Positions 27,586-35,654 are shown, numbered from the stretch's first letter. The stretch is 36,519 nt of DNA from a virus (IMGVR_UViG_3300031965_000090:1-36519), one strand, 5' to 3'. The notes: generated by a model not told the origin, from the sequence alone. A program made the numbers and translations.

Positions 27586-27840
27586 CTATTGATTATTTAA
27601 AGCTCTGATATCCTGAATATCGTCATTGCATCTGTCAATTTCTTTTTGTAATTCGAGAGAATATTCTGTTAATTCGATGATAGCCTTTTTTATATTTGAG
27701 CTATCTAGCTTGACATAATCATAATTGCATCCAACCAGCAAAGCATCAGGGATTTTTAACTTTACTATCTCTGACCCTTTCATTGAGCAACAACTGCAAA
27801 TCGTTAATAAGATCATCATTACTATGATCATGCGCTTCAT
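27586..27840 (-). CDS. o-spanin (Rz1-like lipoprotein)
   Basis: Signal peptide with lipobox-like ICSC; IPDALLVGC and IDRCN; overlaps the i-spanin end. Confidence 0.8.
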   Translation of the reverse strand: MKRMIIVMMILLTICSCCSMKGSEIVKLKIPDALLVGCNYDYVKLDSSNIKKAIIELTEYSLELQKEIDRCNDDIQDIRALNNQ

Positions 27841-28090
27841 TTTTCAACACCTCTATTTTTTTCATAACTCGGTTGTGTGTTATGTTGCGATCTTTTTCTT
27901 TGTCTGCCCTTAATGCGGCTATTTCATTGATTAGTTTTTGACGCTGAACAATAGCTTCTACATTTTCAATTTCTTTTTTCAATTCAGCTTCGGCTTTTTT
28001 TCTTTTTTTAGCTTCATTGTTAAATAACATAAAAAGCGCTGCTGATACCAGACCAAGAAAAGCGGCTATTTTGCTAAAAATACTACCCAT
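27746..28090 (-). CDS. i-spanin (Rz-like)
   Basis: N-terminal TM (IAAFLGLVSAALFMLF) followed by a coiled-coil. Confidence 0.75.
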   Translation of the reverse strand: MGSIFSKIAAFLGLVSAALFMLFNNEAKKRKKAEAELKKEIENVEAIVQRQKLINEIAALRADKEKDRNITHNRVMKKIEVLKNEAHDHSNDDLINDLQLLLNERVRDSKVKNP

Positions 28091-28277
28091 GGGTATTGGC
28101 CTTTGTGTGACTCCTGCCAAAATAAATAGCGCCTACCGAACCTATTAAAACTCCCATCCCCGAATAATCAGGCGTGTCTGAGATGATTATCTTAGCCAAA
28201 CAGGTTACGAGTGTTAGCATAAATGCCACTTTAGCAGCGCAGAGCTTGTCGTTTTTATCTGCTATAAGTTGATTCAT
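28083..28277 (-). CDS. putative holin (2 TM)
   Basis: 64 aa with two hydrophobic helices, in the lysis cassette. Confidence 0.7.
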   Translation of the reverse strand: MNQLIADKNDKLCAAKVAFMLTLVTCLAKIIISDTPDYSGMGVLIGSVGAIYFGRSHTKANTHG

Positions 28278-28663
28278 AATATTTGGATCACTCCGTGTTT
28301 GGGGATTGAGTCGATTAGTTTTTTTAGCGTGACGCCGGAATTTGTGATATCTAATATCCCATCGTGATCGAGGTATTTGATTGAGTCGCCGACCAAAATA
28401 CAGCCCTTTATTTGTCTTGTATAATTACCAGCATGGATTTGAATATGCGATCTATCAGGCACGTTCTCGAGCCACAAAACCAAGTCGCCAGATCTCGGGC
28501 TTTTTGCAATATTATAATTATATGTCCCAGCCGGTATACAGCTAACACCTTTACAATTATCAAGCCAGGGCAATTCGAGCGTTAAACATCTAAACCCTGG
28601 CGTCTCTAATCTGCCGATGGTGCAGTCATCATAATATCGTCGGTTAATTGTTATCGTCATCAT
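28274..28663 (-). CDS. DUF5675-family protein, putative endolysin
   Basis: TIGRL, TLELPW.DN...SCIPAGTY and VPDRSHIQIHAGN...GCILVG. Confidence 0.8.
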   Translation of the reverse strand: MMTITINRRYYDDCTIGRLETPGFRCLTLELPWLDNCKGVSCIPAGTYNYNIAKSPRSGDLVLWLENVPDRSHIQIHAGNYTRQIKGCILVGDSIKYLDHDGILDITNSGVTLKKLIDSIPKHGVIQIL

Positions 28664-28733
28664 AGCGCCTGGTAATTTTTGATAATTATAGCTATTATTT
28701 ATTCAATTTGCCAGCGACCGATTTTTAGCGCTA

Positions 28734-28928
28734 CTACTCTAATTCTTTTTTTATTTCGTCCAGCAACTGAATTGATTTTCTGAGCGAATAAAAAAGGCTG
28801 AAATCGCTATGAGTCATGACAGAGGTTGTCGGGTTATCGTAGTCAAGATCGTATGAGTCTAATAGTATTTTAAGTTGTGTTTTTAAAAGACCAGCAACCC
28901 CATCTAATCTATTTTTTGTGATTTGCAT
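28734..28928 (-). CDS. hypothetical protein
   Basis: GGAG SD; operonic. Confidence 0.6.
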   Translation of the reverse strand: MQITKNRLDGVAGLLKTQLKILLDSYDLDYDNPTTSVMTHSDFSLFYSLRKSIQLLDEIKKELE

Positions 28929-28929
28929 T

Positions 28930-29115
28930 TTACTCTCCCTGGATCTGATTGATATATTTACCTGTGCTTTTTAGCGCCGCCTTTTCAGTTTTAAAAAACC
29001 GTGGCTTGTAATTGCCGACGACTATTAGCTCAACTCCGCCAAACGAATTATTTTCATCTCTGACTACTAACGCGTAAAAAGTGCCGTCTTTTTGCTGTTC
29101 AATTAATGCTCTCAT
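28930..29115 (-). CDS. hypothetical protein
   Basis: AAACTGAGG RBS. Confidence 0.7.
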   Translation of the reverse strand: MRALIEQQKDGTFYALVVRDENNSFGGVELIVVGNYKPRFFKTEKAALKSTGKYINQIQGE

Positions 29116-29148
29116 CAGTTTAAATCCTCAGTTTTTGCCATTAGTTAA

Positions 29149-29352
29149 TTATTGATCTTTTAATATTTCGCTTAATAAAACTTCCCAAATTGTCACTAAG
29201 CAGCCTTGAAGAATCGTTTTAAATTGAATGCCTGATTCGATCTCAAAACATGGTCTACCGTTTATTGTATTAACTCGTTCACTCCTGCGAAAAGTTAAAT
29301 TTTGAGCGTTTGCTAATTCACAGCATTCTTTTATAATTTTATCGTTAGTCAT
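29149..29352 (-). CDS. hypothetical protein
   Basis: AAACTGAGG RBS; first gene after the promoter. Confidence 0.7.
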   Translation of the reverse strand: MTNDKIIKECCELANAQNLTFRRSERVNTINGRPCFEIESGIQFKTILQGCLVTIWEVLLSEILKDQ

Positions 29353-29399
29353 CGCCCTATCCTCAGTTTTGTTAGTTGCTTATCAACTAACCATGACTA

Positions 29400-29428
29400 A
29401 TTGTAACTCTGCATGGTTACATTGTCAA
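29400..29428 (-). promoter_or_regulatory. sigma70-type promoter (leftward)
   Basis: TTGACA-17 nt-TACAAT. Confidence 0.85.
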
Positions 29429-29483
29429 GCATTACAACAACAAATAAGCAAAAATATTATTTTAATTTATTTTGCATTATCTA

Positions 29484-29512
29484 TTGACAATGTTATATCA
29501 AAGTATTACTAT
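29484..29512 (+). promoter_or_regulatory. sigma70-type promoter (rightward)
   Basis: TTGACA-17 nt-TACTAT. Confidence 0.85.
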
Positions 29513-29560
29513 GTGTATAAGCAATTGATGAGCAGTTGCTAAAACTGAGGCAAATTAAAA

Positions 29561-29905
29561 ATGAAAACACAAAAATTAAGGATCACAGCAAAATCCGATA
29601 ATCATAGAAGATATTCCGTTGATTTTATGGGCGTTAAGGTTGCTGTTGCATTCAACAGAGACAGCGGAGCAAGAGTTGGATATAACGCACGTTTAATTTC
29701 TGGTGATATTGATTCAGGCGGCAGTCGAGCAAATTGGTACTGTTCAGTTTCCCAGGGCGCAGTGTTTGAGCTTGAGGTTGATGCTGAATTTTACCAAAAA
29801 AACAAAAACAGAATCAAAAAATGGGACATCGAAGAACTTGAAGAGTTTTCAATATCAAAAGAGCGAGGTGATCAACTCAAAAAAATGGCTGATAACTTAG
29901 AGTAA
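29561..29905 (+). CDS. hypothetical protein
   Basis: AAACTGAGG RBS; SGGSRANW motif. Confidence 0.75.
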   Translation: MKTQKLRITAKSDNHRRYSVDFMGVKVAVAFNRDSGARVGYNARLISGDIDSGGSRANWYCSVSQGAVFELEVDAEFYQKNKNRIKKWDIEELEEFSISKERGDQLKKMADNLE

Positions 29906-30015
29906 TTAGCATAAATGAATAAAAATTGGCTATATCAAGGTTTATATTTTAAAACTTTACCAGGTCTTTTAGAATATTTATCTATTATTAAATTTAATCA
30001 AAACGAGGATTTATC

Positions 30016-30219
30016 ATGCAAATATCACAATACTACTCACTAGACGAGTATTTAAAAGAGCATCATCGCTATAACAATGCATCTTTTGGTCGCGAAATCG
30101 GGAGAACCAGGCAAGCTGTCGGCAAAATGCTTCAAAGCAAAGATCGCTGGGCTGTTGTAGTTACTAGCGATAAAAAAGATCTGGTTGAAATTAAAAAAAC
30201 CATTGAAAATATTCATTAA
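30016..30219 (+). CDS. small Cro-like HTH protein (putative)
   Basis: NNASFGREIGRTRQAVGKML; GAGG SD. Confidence 0.6.
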   Translation: MQISQYYSLDEYLKEHHRYNNASFGREIGRTRQAVGKMLQSKDRWAVVVTSDKKDLVEIKKTIENIH

Positions 30220-30242
30220 TTTTTAAAAACTGAGGTGATAAA

Positions 30243-30593
30243 TTGAAACCATCTGAAATATTAAAAATAATTAAATCTGGGGATATCGACGAGTCTCGCG
30301 GCATTTGCGATAATTTCGTTAGGATAATGAGTGGAAAAACTGGCTGTAAAATAGGCGATGGGTTATCGCCGAACGCACTTAACAATCTTATAAATTCTAA
30401 CAAGATCATTCTTGATGACTGGCACTTATATTCTGGATTCGCGCCCTACCCAGTACCATCATTTGTCGAAAGTCACAGCGATTTGCGAGCGTTTGTATCA
30501 TTTAAAAAATGGTCTAAGCACACAAAATACGGTAGGGCAAGGTGGGAGTTTCTGGATTGGCTTATCGAACAGTTTGAAAATAAAGGATTGTGA
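30243..30593 (+). CDS. hypothetical protein
   Basis: TTG start after AAACTGAGGTG. Confidence 0.7.
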   Translation: MKPSEILKIIKSGDIDESRGICDNFVRIMSGKTGCKIGDGLSPNALNNLINSNKIILDDWHLYSGFAPYPVPSFVESHSDLRAFVSFKKWSKHTKYGRARWEFLDWLIEQFENKGL

Positions 30594-30611
30594 CTTACTG
30601 CCGAGCTGTCA

Positions 30612-31250
30612 TCAACTTTTTGACAGCTCATTTATTAGTCTTTTTATTTCTTTGTTAAAATCGGCTCTCTTTTTGATCAACTCTTCGCCAGTCCATTTTC
30701 TAACCTGTGTGTTTGTCTCGCAGTAGTCGATTATTTCTTGAGCTTTGTCATTGCCGAACCTGTCTTTTAACCCCTGAATATAACCCCTGGTATTTTTACA
30801 GCCGTAAATATTGCCGCTTTTTGCCTTGTTGCAGTATCGATTACACTGTAAGTAAGTATTTTTAGCATCGTATCTAAGCGCACCCTGGGAGCCGACCGTT
30901 TTAAAGTGACCGCAACAAAAATCCATATTGGTTTTTCCGCACGATATACATTCAGGTTCTTGATTTAGCGACTTAAACAAGACTAATTCTTGCAGCCTCC
31001 GCATTTTATTAAATACGGTTTGAGTTAATTTATGTTGCTGCGGAACGTCATTTGCATTAAAAGCTTTTTTAACTTGCGTATCTTTAGCTTTCTGCTCTTT
31101 CTTTAGATGATTTCTTATTTTTTCATAGTGATTAAGAGCTAAATCTTTTCGACAAATATCACCACAAATTGCGCCAATTCGAGCAATTATCATGGTTTCG
31201 ACACGCTCAAATTTGCCGCAGTTGATACATTTCTTTTTTGCATTGGCCAT
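30612..31250 (-). CDS. ninG: NinG/Rap-like recombination endonuclease
   Basis: N-terminal CxxC..C..C; CISCG, GHFKTVG and LQCNRYCN. Confidence 0.9.
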   Translation of the reverse strand: MANAKKKCINCGKFERVETMIIARIGAICGDICRKDLALNHYEKIRNHLKKEQKAKDTQVKKAFNANDVPQQHKLTQTVFNKMRRLQELVLFKSLNQEPECISCGKTNMDFCCGHFKTVGSQGALRYDAKNTYLQCNRYCNKAKSGNIYGCKNTRGYIQGLKDRFGNDKAQEIIDYCETNTQVRKWTGEELIKKRADFNKEIKRLINELSKS

Positions 31251-31504
31251 TAAATCTTTTCAAACCCGATTATAAATAAATACCCGCTTTGCTCGATATA
31301 AGTTATTTTCGCGACTATTTTATTATCTGTGTATTGGTGAGTTAAAAAATCGAACTCTTCCAAAGAAATTTCCAACCCGACATTAAAATCACGATAAAAA
31401 TTAATGGTTTTTTGGTTTTGATATGTAACAAATTTCTTAATATCATCGTTGATTAACTGAAATTCACGTGGGAAAACTTTGAATTTATTGTTCATTGAGT
31501 TCAT
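31250..31504 (-). CDS. hypothetical protein
   Basis: Overlapping operonic ORF. Confidence 0.6.
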   Translation of the reverse strand: MNSMNNKFKVFPREFQLINDDIKKFVTYQNQKTINFYRDFNVGLEISLEEFDFLTHQYTDNKIVAKITYIEQSGYLFIIGFEKI

Positions 31505-31695
31505 TCACCCTTCAATAACTCGCTGCCGAATGATGTTTTAAAATTGTTATCTAAGTAAAACACGTAGCCATTTTGATCTTCGAACATGTATTGATATTGA
31601 TCATCTTGCGTGATTGAACGACCTATGTAAATAGCTTTATGTATTTTGCCGCTCTCATTTTTAATTTTATACTCCTTACCTATTTCTAATTTCAT
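31501..31695 (-). CDS. hypothetical protein
   Basis: ATGA overlaps; GGAG SD. Confidence 0.65.
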   Translation of the reverse strand: MKLEIGKEYKIKNESGKIHKAIYIGRSITQDDQYQYMFEDQNGYVFYLDNNFKTSFGSELLKGE

Positions 31696-32108
31696 TTGAT
31701 TTTCTCCGGCAATTTTTTATCAGAAAAATGATTAAGTATCTCGTTTATGTACTGTGACATTTGATCAACTGTAAAAGTTGAGGTCACATCGACGAACATC
31801 ATTGATTTAATCCGGTTTTCATAAGTTAAACTTTGTAGCATTGGTTTTAATAGTTCTGCAAATTCCGGATCTGATGCGGCTCTGATTGACAATCCAAAAT
31901 TATATTTACAGTAATTTCTACATTCTGACTGCGTTAAATCGCCCTGGACTGATAGCATTTTATAAGCTTGAAAACACCAGGCATTTTGATCAAGGGTTCT
32001 TGAATTTTCCTTGATCGTTAGTCTTAAATAATGGTGTTTTTCAAATAGCTCCATGATTTTAATGTAAGCTAAATCAATAGATTGCTTGGAATTTATTTTT
32101 AGTATCAT
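31692..32108 (-). CDS. ninB: NinB/Orf-like recombination protein
   Basis: RTLDQNA...TSTFTVDQMSQYINEI; near ninG. Confidence 0.7.
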   Translation of the reverse strand: MILKINSKQSIDLAYIKIMELFEKHHYLRLTIKENSRTLDQNAWCFQAYKMLSVQGDLTQSECRNYCKYNFGLSIRAASDPEFAELLKPMLQSLTYENRIKSMMFVDVTSTFTVDQMSQYINEILNHFSDKKLPEKIK

Positions 32109-32380
32109 TTTATCTTGCTGCTTGGCTTTTGGCGAAAAATACCACCCGGCCTCAGGTTTTTATTAAATCTTGGCGCATCGATCCATTTTTCTTCATAAAC
32201 ATAATAAAATTGAAAATCAACTTCGTCTAAAATAATCGCGGCCAATAATTCTTTGGCAGTTTCGCGATCTAGGTCTTTAAGCGGCTTATCAATCTTTGTT
32301 AAATCTTTCATTTGAAACCTCAATTTATCCTCAGTTGATTTTTGATGTTTTGGAAATGGTAATAATTCAAGACCGTACAT
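32105..32380 (-). CDS. hypothetical protein (alternative start at 32311)
   Basis: SD before 32380; an internal ACTGAGG..GAGG RBS before ATG 32311. Confidence 0.6.
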   Translation of the reverse strand: MYGLELLPFPKHQKSTEDKLRFQMKDLTKIDKPLKDLDRETAKELLAAIILDEVDFQFYYVYEEKWIDAPRFNKNLRPGGIFRQKPSSKIK

Positions 32381-32397
32381 ATTAACCTACCTTATTT

Positions 32398-32796
32398 TTA
32401 AAATGGAATAATTTCAAACTCATCATAATCAATCGCATTTCTATAATTTTCAATTTTTCCATAGGTGCCGACATTGAAAATTATATAATCGCCATAACCT
32501 TGATCGCCGTGACACAAGCCAGATGGGACATAATTATTAAAACGAGATGCAATTTTTTTATTGTTTTCATCGAGCAAAAAATAACTTCCAGCATCGCAAA
32601 CCTTAAAATGAAAACTTGCTTTAGTGTCTTTTGGCCAATCCATAACCTCACCAGTCTCAATATTAATAACTGGAACCCAAACATCGTTAAACTTAAACGG
32701 TACATGATCGCCGGATTCACTTCTTTCTCCGTTTATTTCTGCGTCATCCCAGTATCTAACTTGCGCTTCAACCATTAAATATTTTGCGCTTTTCAT
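32398..32796 (-). CDS. phage hypothetical protein
   Basis: GAGGTG SD; VRYWDDAEING, FKVCDAG and GYGDYI. Confidence 0.75.
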   Translation of the reverse strand: MKSAKYLMVEAQVRYWDDAEINGERSESGDHVPFKFNDVWVPVINIETGEVMDWPKDTKASFHFKVCDAGSYFLLDENNKKIASRFNNYVPSGLCHGDQGYGDYIIFNVGTYGKIENYRNAIDYDEFEIIPF

Positions 32797-32805
32797 TTTA
32801 TCACC

Positions 32806-33006
32806 TCATTTTTTTAATTTAACATATTCTGCATTTTTATGATGTTCATTCTTGATCCAATGTGTAAAAACTTTTTCAGCCGAATAAAATTTATTAAACG
32901 GTGAAAAAATCAAATAATTATAAAAATACTCCCCAGTTTTTTCATTGTGCGCCAAAAATTTAATGTATGGTGGCGGTCGTTCGTCGCTCAACTTAACAAG
33001 CTGCAT
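32806..33006 (-). CDS. hypothetical protein
   Basis: Overlaps the helicase end; likely ATG at 33006. Confidence 0.55.
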   Translation of the reverse strand: MQLVKLSDERPPPYIKFLAHNEKTGEYFYNYLIFSPFNKFYSAEKVFTHWIKNEHHKNAEYVKLKK

Positions 33007-34468
33007 TTTTCTTTTCCAAAGATTTGGCATAAGCAATCTGTTTGTATTTGATAAACCCCAGCGTTGCCTCTGATGGTTCGCAACTCATATCATCACGCAA
33101 ACCGCGCGGCCAAACGCCAGTTATATCTCTATAAGTGTGGCTCATCCAACCGTCTGAAATATGTCTGCCAATAAATTGCTGAGCGATTTTATACCCGACC
33201 AATTCAGACCAGAGCTGTTGTTTATCGACCTTTGTTTTCTTACCCTTCATCTGGACTAGTTCACCTGCCAAAACTTCCACGTCTTTAGTTTTACGAGGTT
33301 TAAAACCGCACTTGCTGCACTCATGCTCACCTGCTGGTTTCAAATAATCGCATGACTGGCATTTTTTAGGTAATTTTTCGTATTTTTCTTTTGCTTTGGC
33401 GGGTGAGACTTCTTTTTTCTCGTCAGTGTCTAGTTCGTCATAATCAATCTCGTCAGGATACCCTAGCTCTATCATCGTGCCAGAATGGTCTAAAATAATT
33501 AAATATTCTTTACCGTCAGCAGTTCTTAATCCTCTCCCAAGCATTTGGACAAGTTTTATTTCTGATTTAGTTCTGCAAGCTAATATAATACATCTAACGT
33601 CTAAATCTAACCCTGCGATTAGAGTCCCAACATTAATTAGTATCGATATTTTTAATTCAGAAAACAATTTAAAATATTGCTCTCTCTCGTCAATCGGTGT
33701 TTTTGATGTGATCACATGATTAGATATTCCTAATTTGTCAAACTCTGAGCCTATAAAATTTGCGTGAGCCACGTTTTGAGCAAAACAAATTGTTGGTAAA
33801 TTTTCAGCTTTTTTCATCCAAGTTTCTGTAATCGATCCAACTATTTTTGGCGTGCTCATTCGCTCTGCTGTTTCTGATTCGTGATAATCACCTTTGACTA
33901 TTCTCACCCCGTCCATATCAGGTGAAACTGGCGCATAAGCGATATATTCAGATAGGAAATTCTGATCGATTAATTCGGTCATTGAAATGGGTTTTAGTAA
34001 AGTATCGTAGTGTTTGCCTATTCCCTTTGACCAGGGTGTCGCTGTAAACCCAATAACCGGAGTATTGCTTTTATCAATGTGCGACAAAAAAGTTTTGAAA
34101 AGAAGATGACATTCATCAACTAAAATCAAATCGAAGTCTTGAAATTTCCGGCGGATTAAAGTTTGTACGCTGGCAATTTGCAATCGACGGCTTGAATCTG
34201 TCCACGGATGATCAGCTTGGATTATCCCTGGCTTTGGCAATCCCTGAGCCATAAAGCTTTTTGCTGTTTGGTTAATCAATGCCGTGTAGGGTGCAACAAA
34301 CAATACTCGCTTACCCTTATCTAACGCGCCGCTGACTATGTGCGCCATGGTAACAGTTTTGCCGCTTCCAGTTGCGCATTGATAAAGTGGTCTTGTATAT
34401 TTGTTTCTGAATGCCTGCTTGAGCATTTCTAAACCAGAATTTTGATATGATCTTAATTTATATAACAT
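32993..34468 (-). CDS. SF2 DExH helicase with C-terminal Zn ribbon
   Basis: LRSYQ, TGSGKT, DECH, TAT, QMLGRGLR and CxxC..CxxC. Confidence 0.95.
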   Translation of the reverse strand: MLYKLRSYQNSGLEMLKQAFRNKYTRPLYQCATGSGKTVTMAHIVSGALDKGKRVLFVAPYTALINQTAKSFMAQGLPKPGIIQADHPWTDSSRRLQIASVQTLIRRKFQDFDLILVDECHLLFKTFLSHIDKSNTPVIGFTATPWSKGIGKHYDTLLKPISMTELIDQNFLSEYIAYAPVSPDMDGVRIVKGDYHESETAERMSTPKIVGSITETWMKKAENLPTICFAQNVAHANFIGSEFDKLGISNHVITSKTPIDEREQYFKLFSELKISILINVGTLIAGLDLDVRCIILACRTKSEIKLVQMLGRGLRTADGKEYLIILDHSGTMIELGYPDEIDYDELDTDEKKEVSPAKAKEKYEKLPKKCQSCDYLKPAGEHECSKCGFKPRKTKDVEVLAGELVQMKGKKTKVDKQQLWSELVGYKIAQQFIGRHISDGWMSHTYRDITGVWPRGLRDDMSCEPSEATLGFIKYKQIAYAKSLEKKNAAC

Positions 34469-34569
34469 TTGAAACCTCGTCTTATCTCAGTTTTTAAAAA
34501 TTTATGCCAGCGCACGGAGACTGAGGAACCTAATATTGTGGATCAATACAATATCGCGCTGGTTTAACA

Positions 34570-34598
34570 ATATTAAATCATTCTAAAATGTTTAACAA
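34570..34598 (-). promoter_or_regulatory. putative promoter for the helicase leader
   Basis: TTGTTA-17 nt-TAATAT, starting just before the CCAGCGC stem. Confidence 0.55.
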
Positions 34599-34607
34599 GT
34601 GTTTTAT

Positions 34608-34844
34608 TTAGAATGGTAATAAATTGTTGTCCACTGCTTTGTGTTTATCTACAAATTTTCTTAACCAAATATTTGCACGTTGCCTGCTTCTATGCGGATC
34701 TATTTCTAAAAGTTCTCGATAAATTTCGCCGTATCGAGTGAGCGTTTTTTTCTGTAACGATATCGGCAATTTATCAATCTCTATTTTTATAAAATTCCAG
34801 TCACCATATCGGTGTCCGTGGATCCCGCCGTCATAATAATTCAA
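34608..34844 (-). CDS. hypothetical protein (replication region)
   Basis: 78 aa with R.RANIWLR; ATGA overlap. Confidence 0.7.
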   Translation of the reverse strand: MNYYDGGIHGHRYGDWNFIKIEIDKLPISLQKKTLTRYGEIYRELLEIDPHRSRQRANIWLRKFVDKHKAVDNNLLPF

Positions 34845-35140
34845 AATGATTTCTTGGCGTTGTATTCGGCTATTTTTTTCTCTCTAATAATAGATTTTAA
34901 TTCAGGAGACATATTTTCTTTTGAGCGTTTACTAAAAAAGTTATCAGGAAGAGCGTCTTTTATAACTTCTTCGGTTTTATTTTGCTTAGCTCCGTGTTTT
35001 TTTGCTGCGATCTTCACAGCTAGTTTGAGCGGTGAGTTTTTATCAACAATTAACCACATTGCTAGTTTTACAGAGTTTCTAGTCTCTTCATCTAATTCCC
35101 AAATATTAACTTTTTGTAAATAATCATTAGAATTTTTCAT
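34841..35140 (-). CDS. hypothetical basic protein
   Basis: ACTGAGG RBS; directly downstream of the structured region. Confidence 0.7.
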   Translation of the reverse strand: MKNSNDYLQKVNIWELDEETRNSVKLAMWLIVDKNSPLKLAVKIAAKKHGAKQNKTEEVIKDALPDNFFSKRSKENMSPELKSIIREKKIAEYNAKKSF

Positions 35141-35159
35141 AAAAACCTCAGTATTAAAA

Positions 35160-35585
35160 CAAAATTAACAGCGTTTAGTTTCCGACCACACTTCAACCCC
35201 CGATTATACGGGTTTATTTCATAGGGAGTATATTCACTCGACTATGGTCATAAACTTACCCGGCAATTATCACTATCTCTAGCCAGGCTATCAGCCTGGG
35301 ATCTGTGTTTATCCGTTACCGCTTTGACTAATGCGCGATCGGCGACTGGGGGCAAATACTGGTTCTTCAGCTCTCGGGTAGTATCCCGAGATTAAGTCGC
35401 GCTGGGTAGTTTTTTTGTGCTGCTGCTGAGTTTTATTGAGGCATAAAAAAAGACCTTTAGAGAAAACCCAGTTTGAAACAAGCTTGTTCTAGTTACAAAC
35501 CAACGTGATACAACTAGGCTTCTGGGATTCTCTCTAAAAGTCTTTCTTTGTTGGCTTGGTGATTGGCTGTGTTTCAATGCAGCAC
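35160..35585 (-). ncRNA. candidate large structured non-coding RNA or origin region
   Basis: No credible ORF; many nested inverted repeats; own promoter; upstream terminator. Confidence 0.6.
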
Positions 35586-35590
35586 CTTAA

Positions 35591-35618
35591 ATTTTACGCT
35601 AACTTTCAAAAATTGCAA
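35591..35618 (-). promoter_or_regulatory. putative sigma70 promoter for the structured region
   Basis: TTGCAA-16 nt-TAAAAT. Confidence 0.6.
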
Positions 35619-35630
35619 GTATTGAGACGT

Positions 35631-35654
35631 AAAAAAAGGGTATTTCTACCCTTT
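35631..35654 (-). terminator. intrinsic terminator
   Basis: AAAGGGTA-GAAA-TACCCTTTTTTT. Confidence 0.8.

Noticed and set aside
35392-35577. 61-aa TTG-start ORF over the leader hairpin
   Set aside because: Weak start, no SD and non-protein-like composition; it coincides with the RNA structure. A leader peptide cannot be fully excluded.
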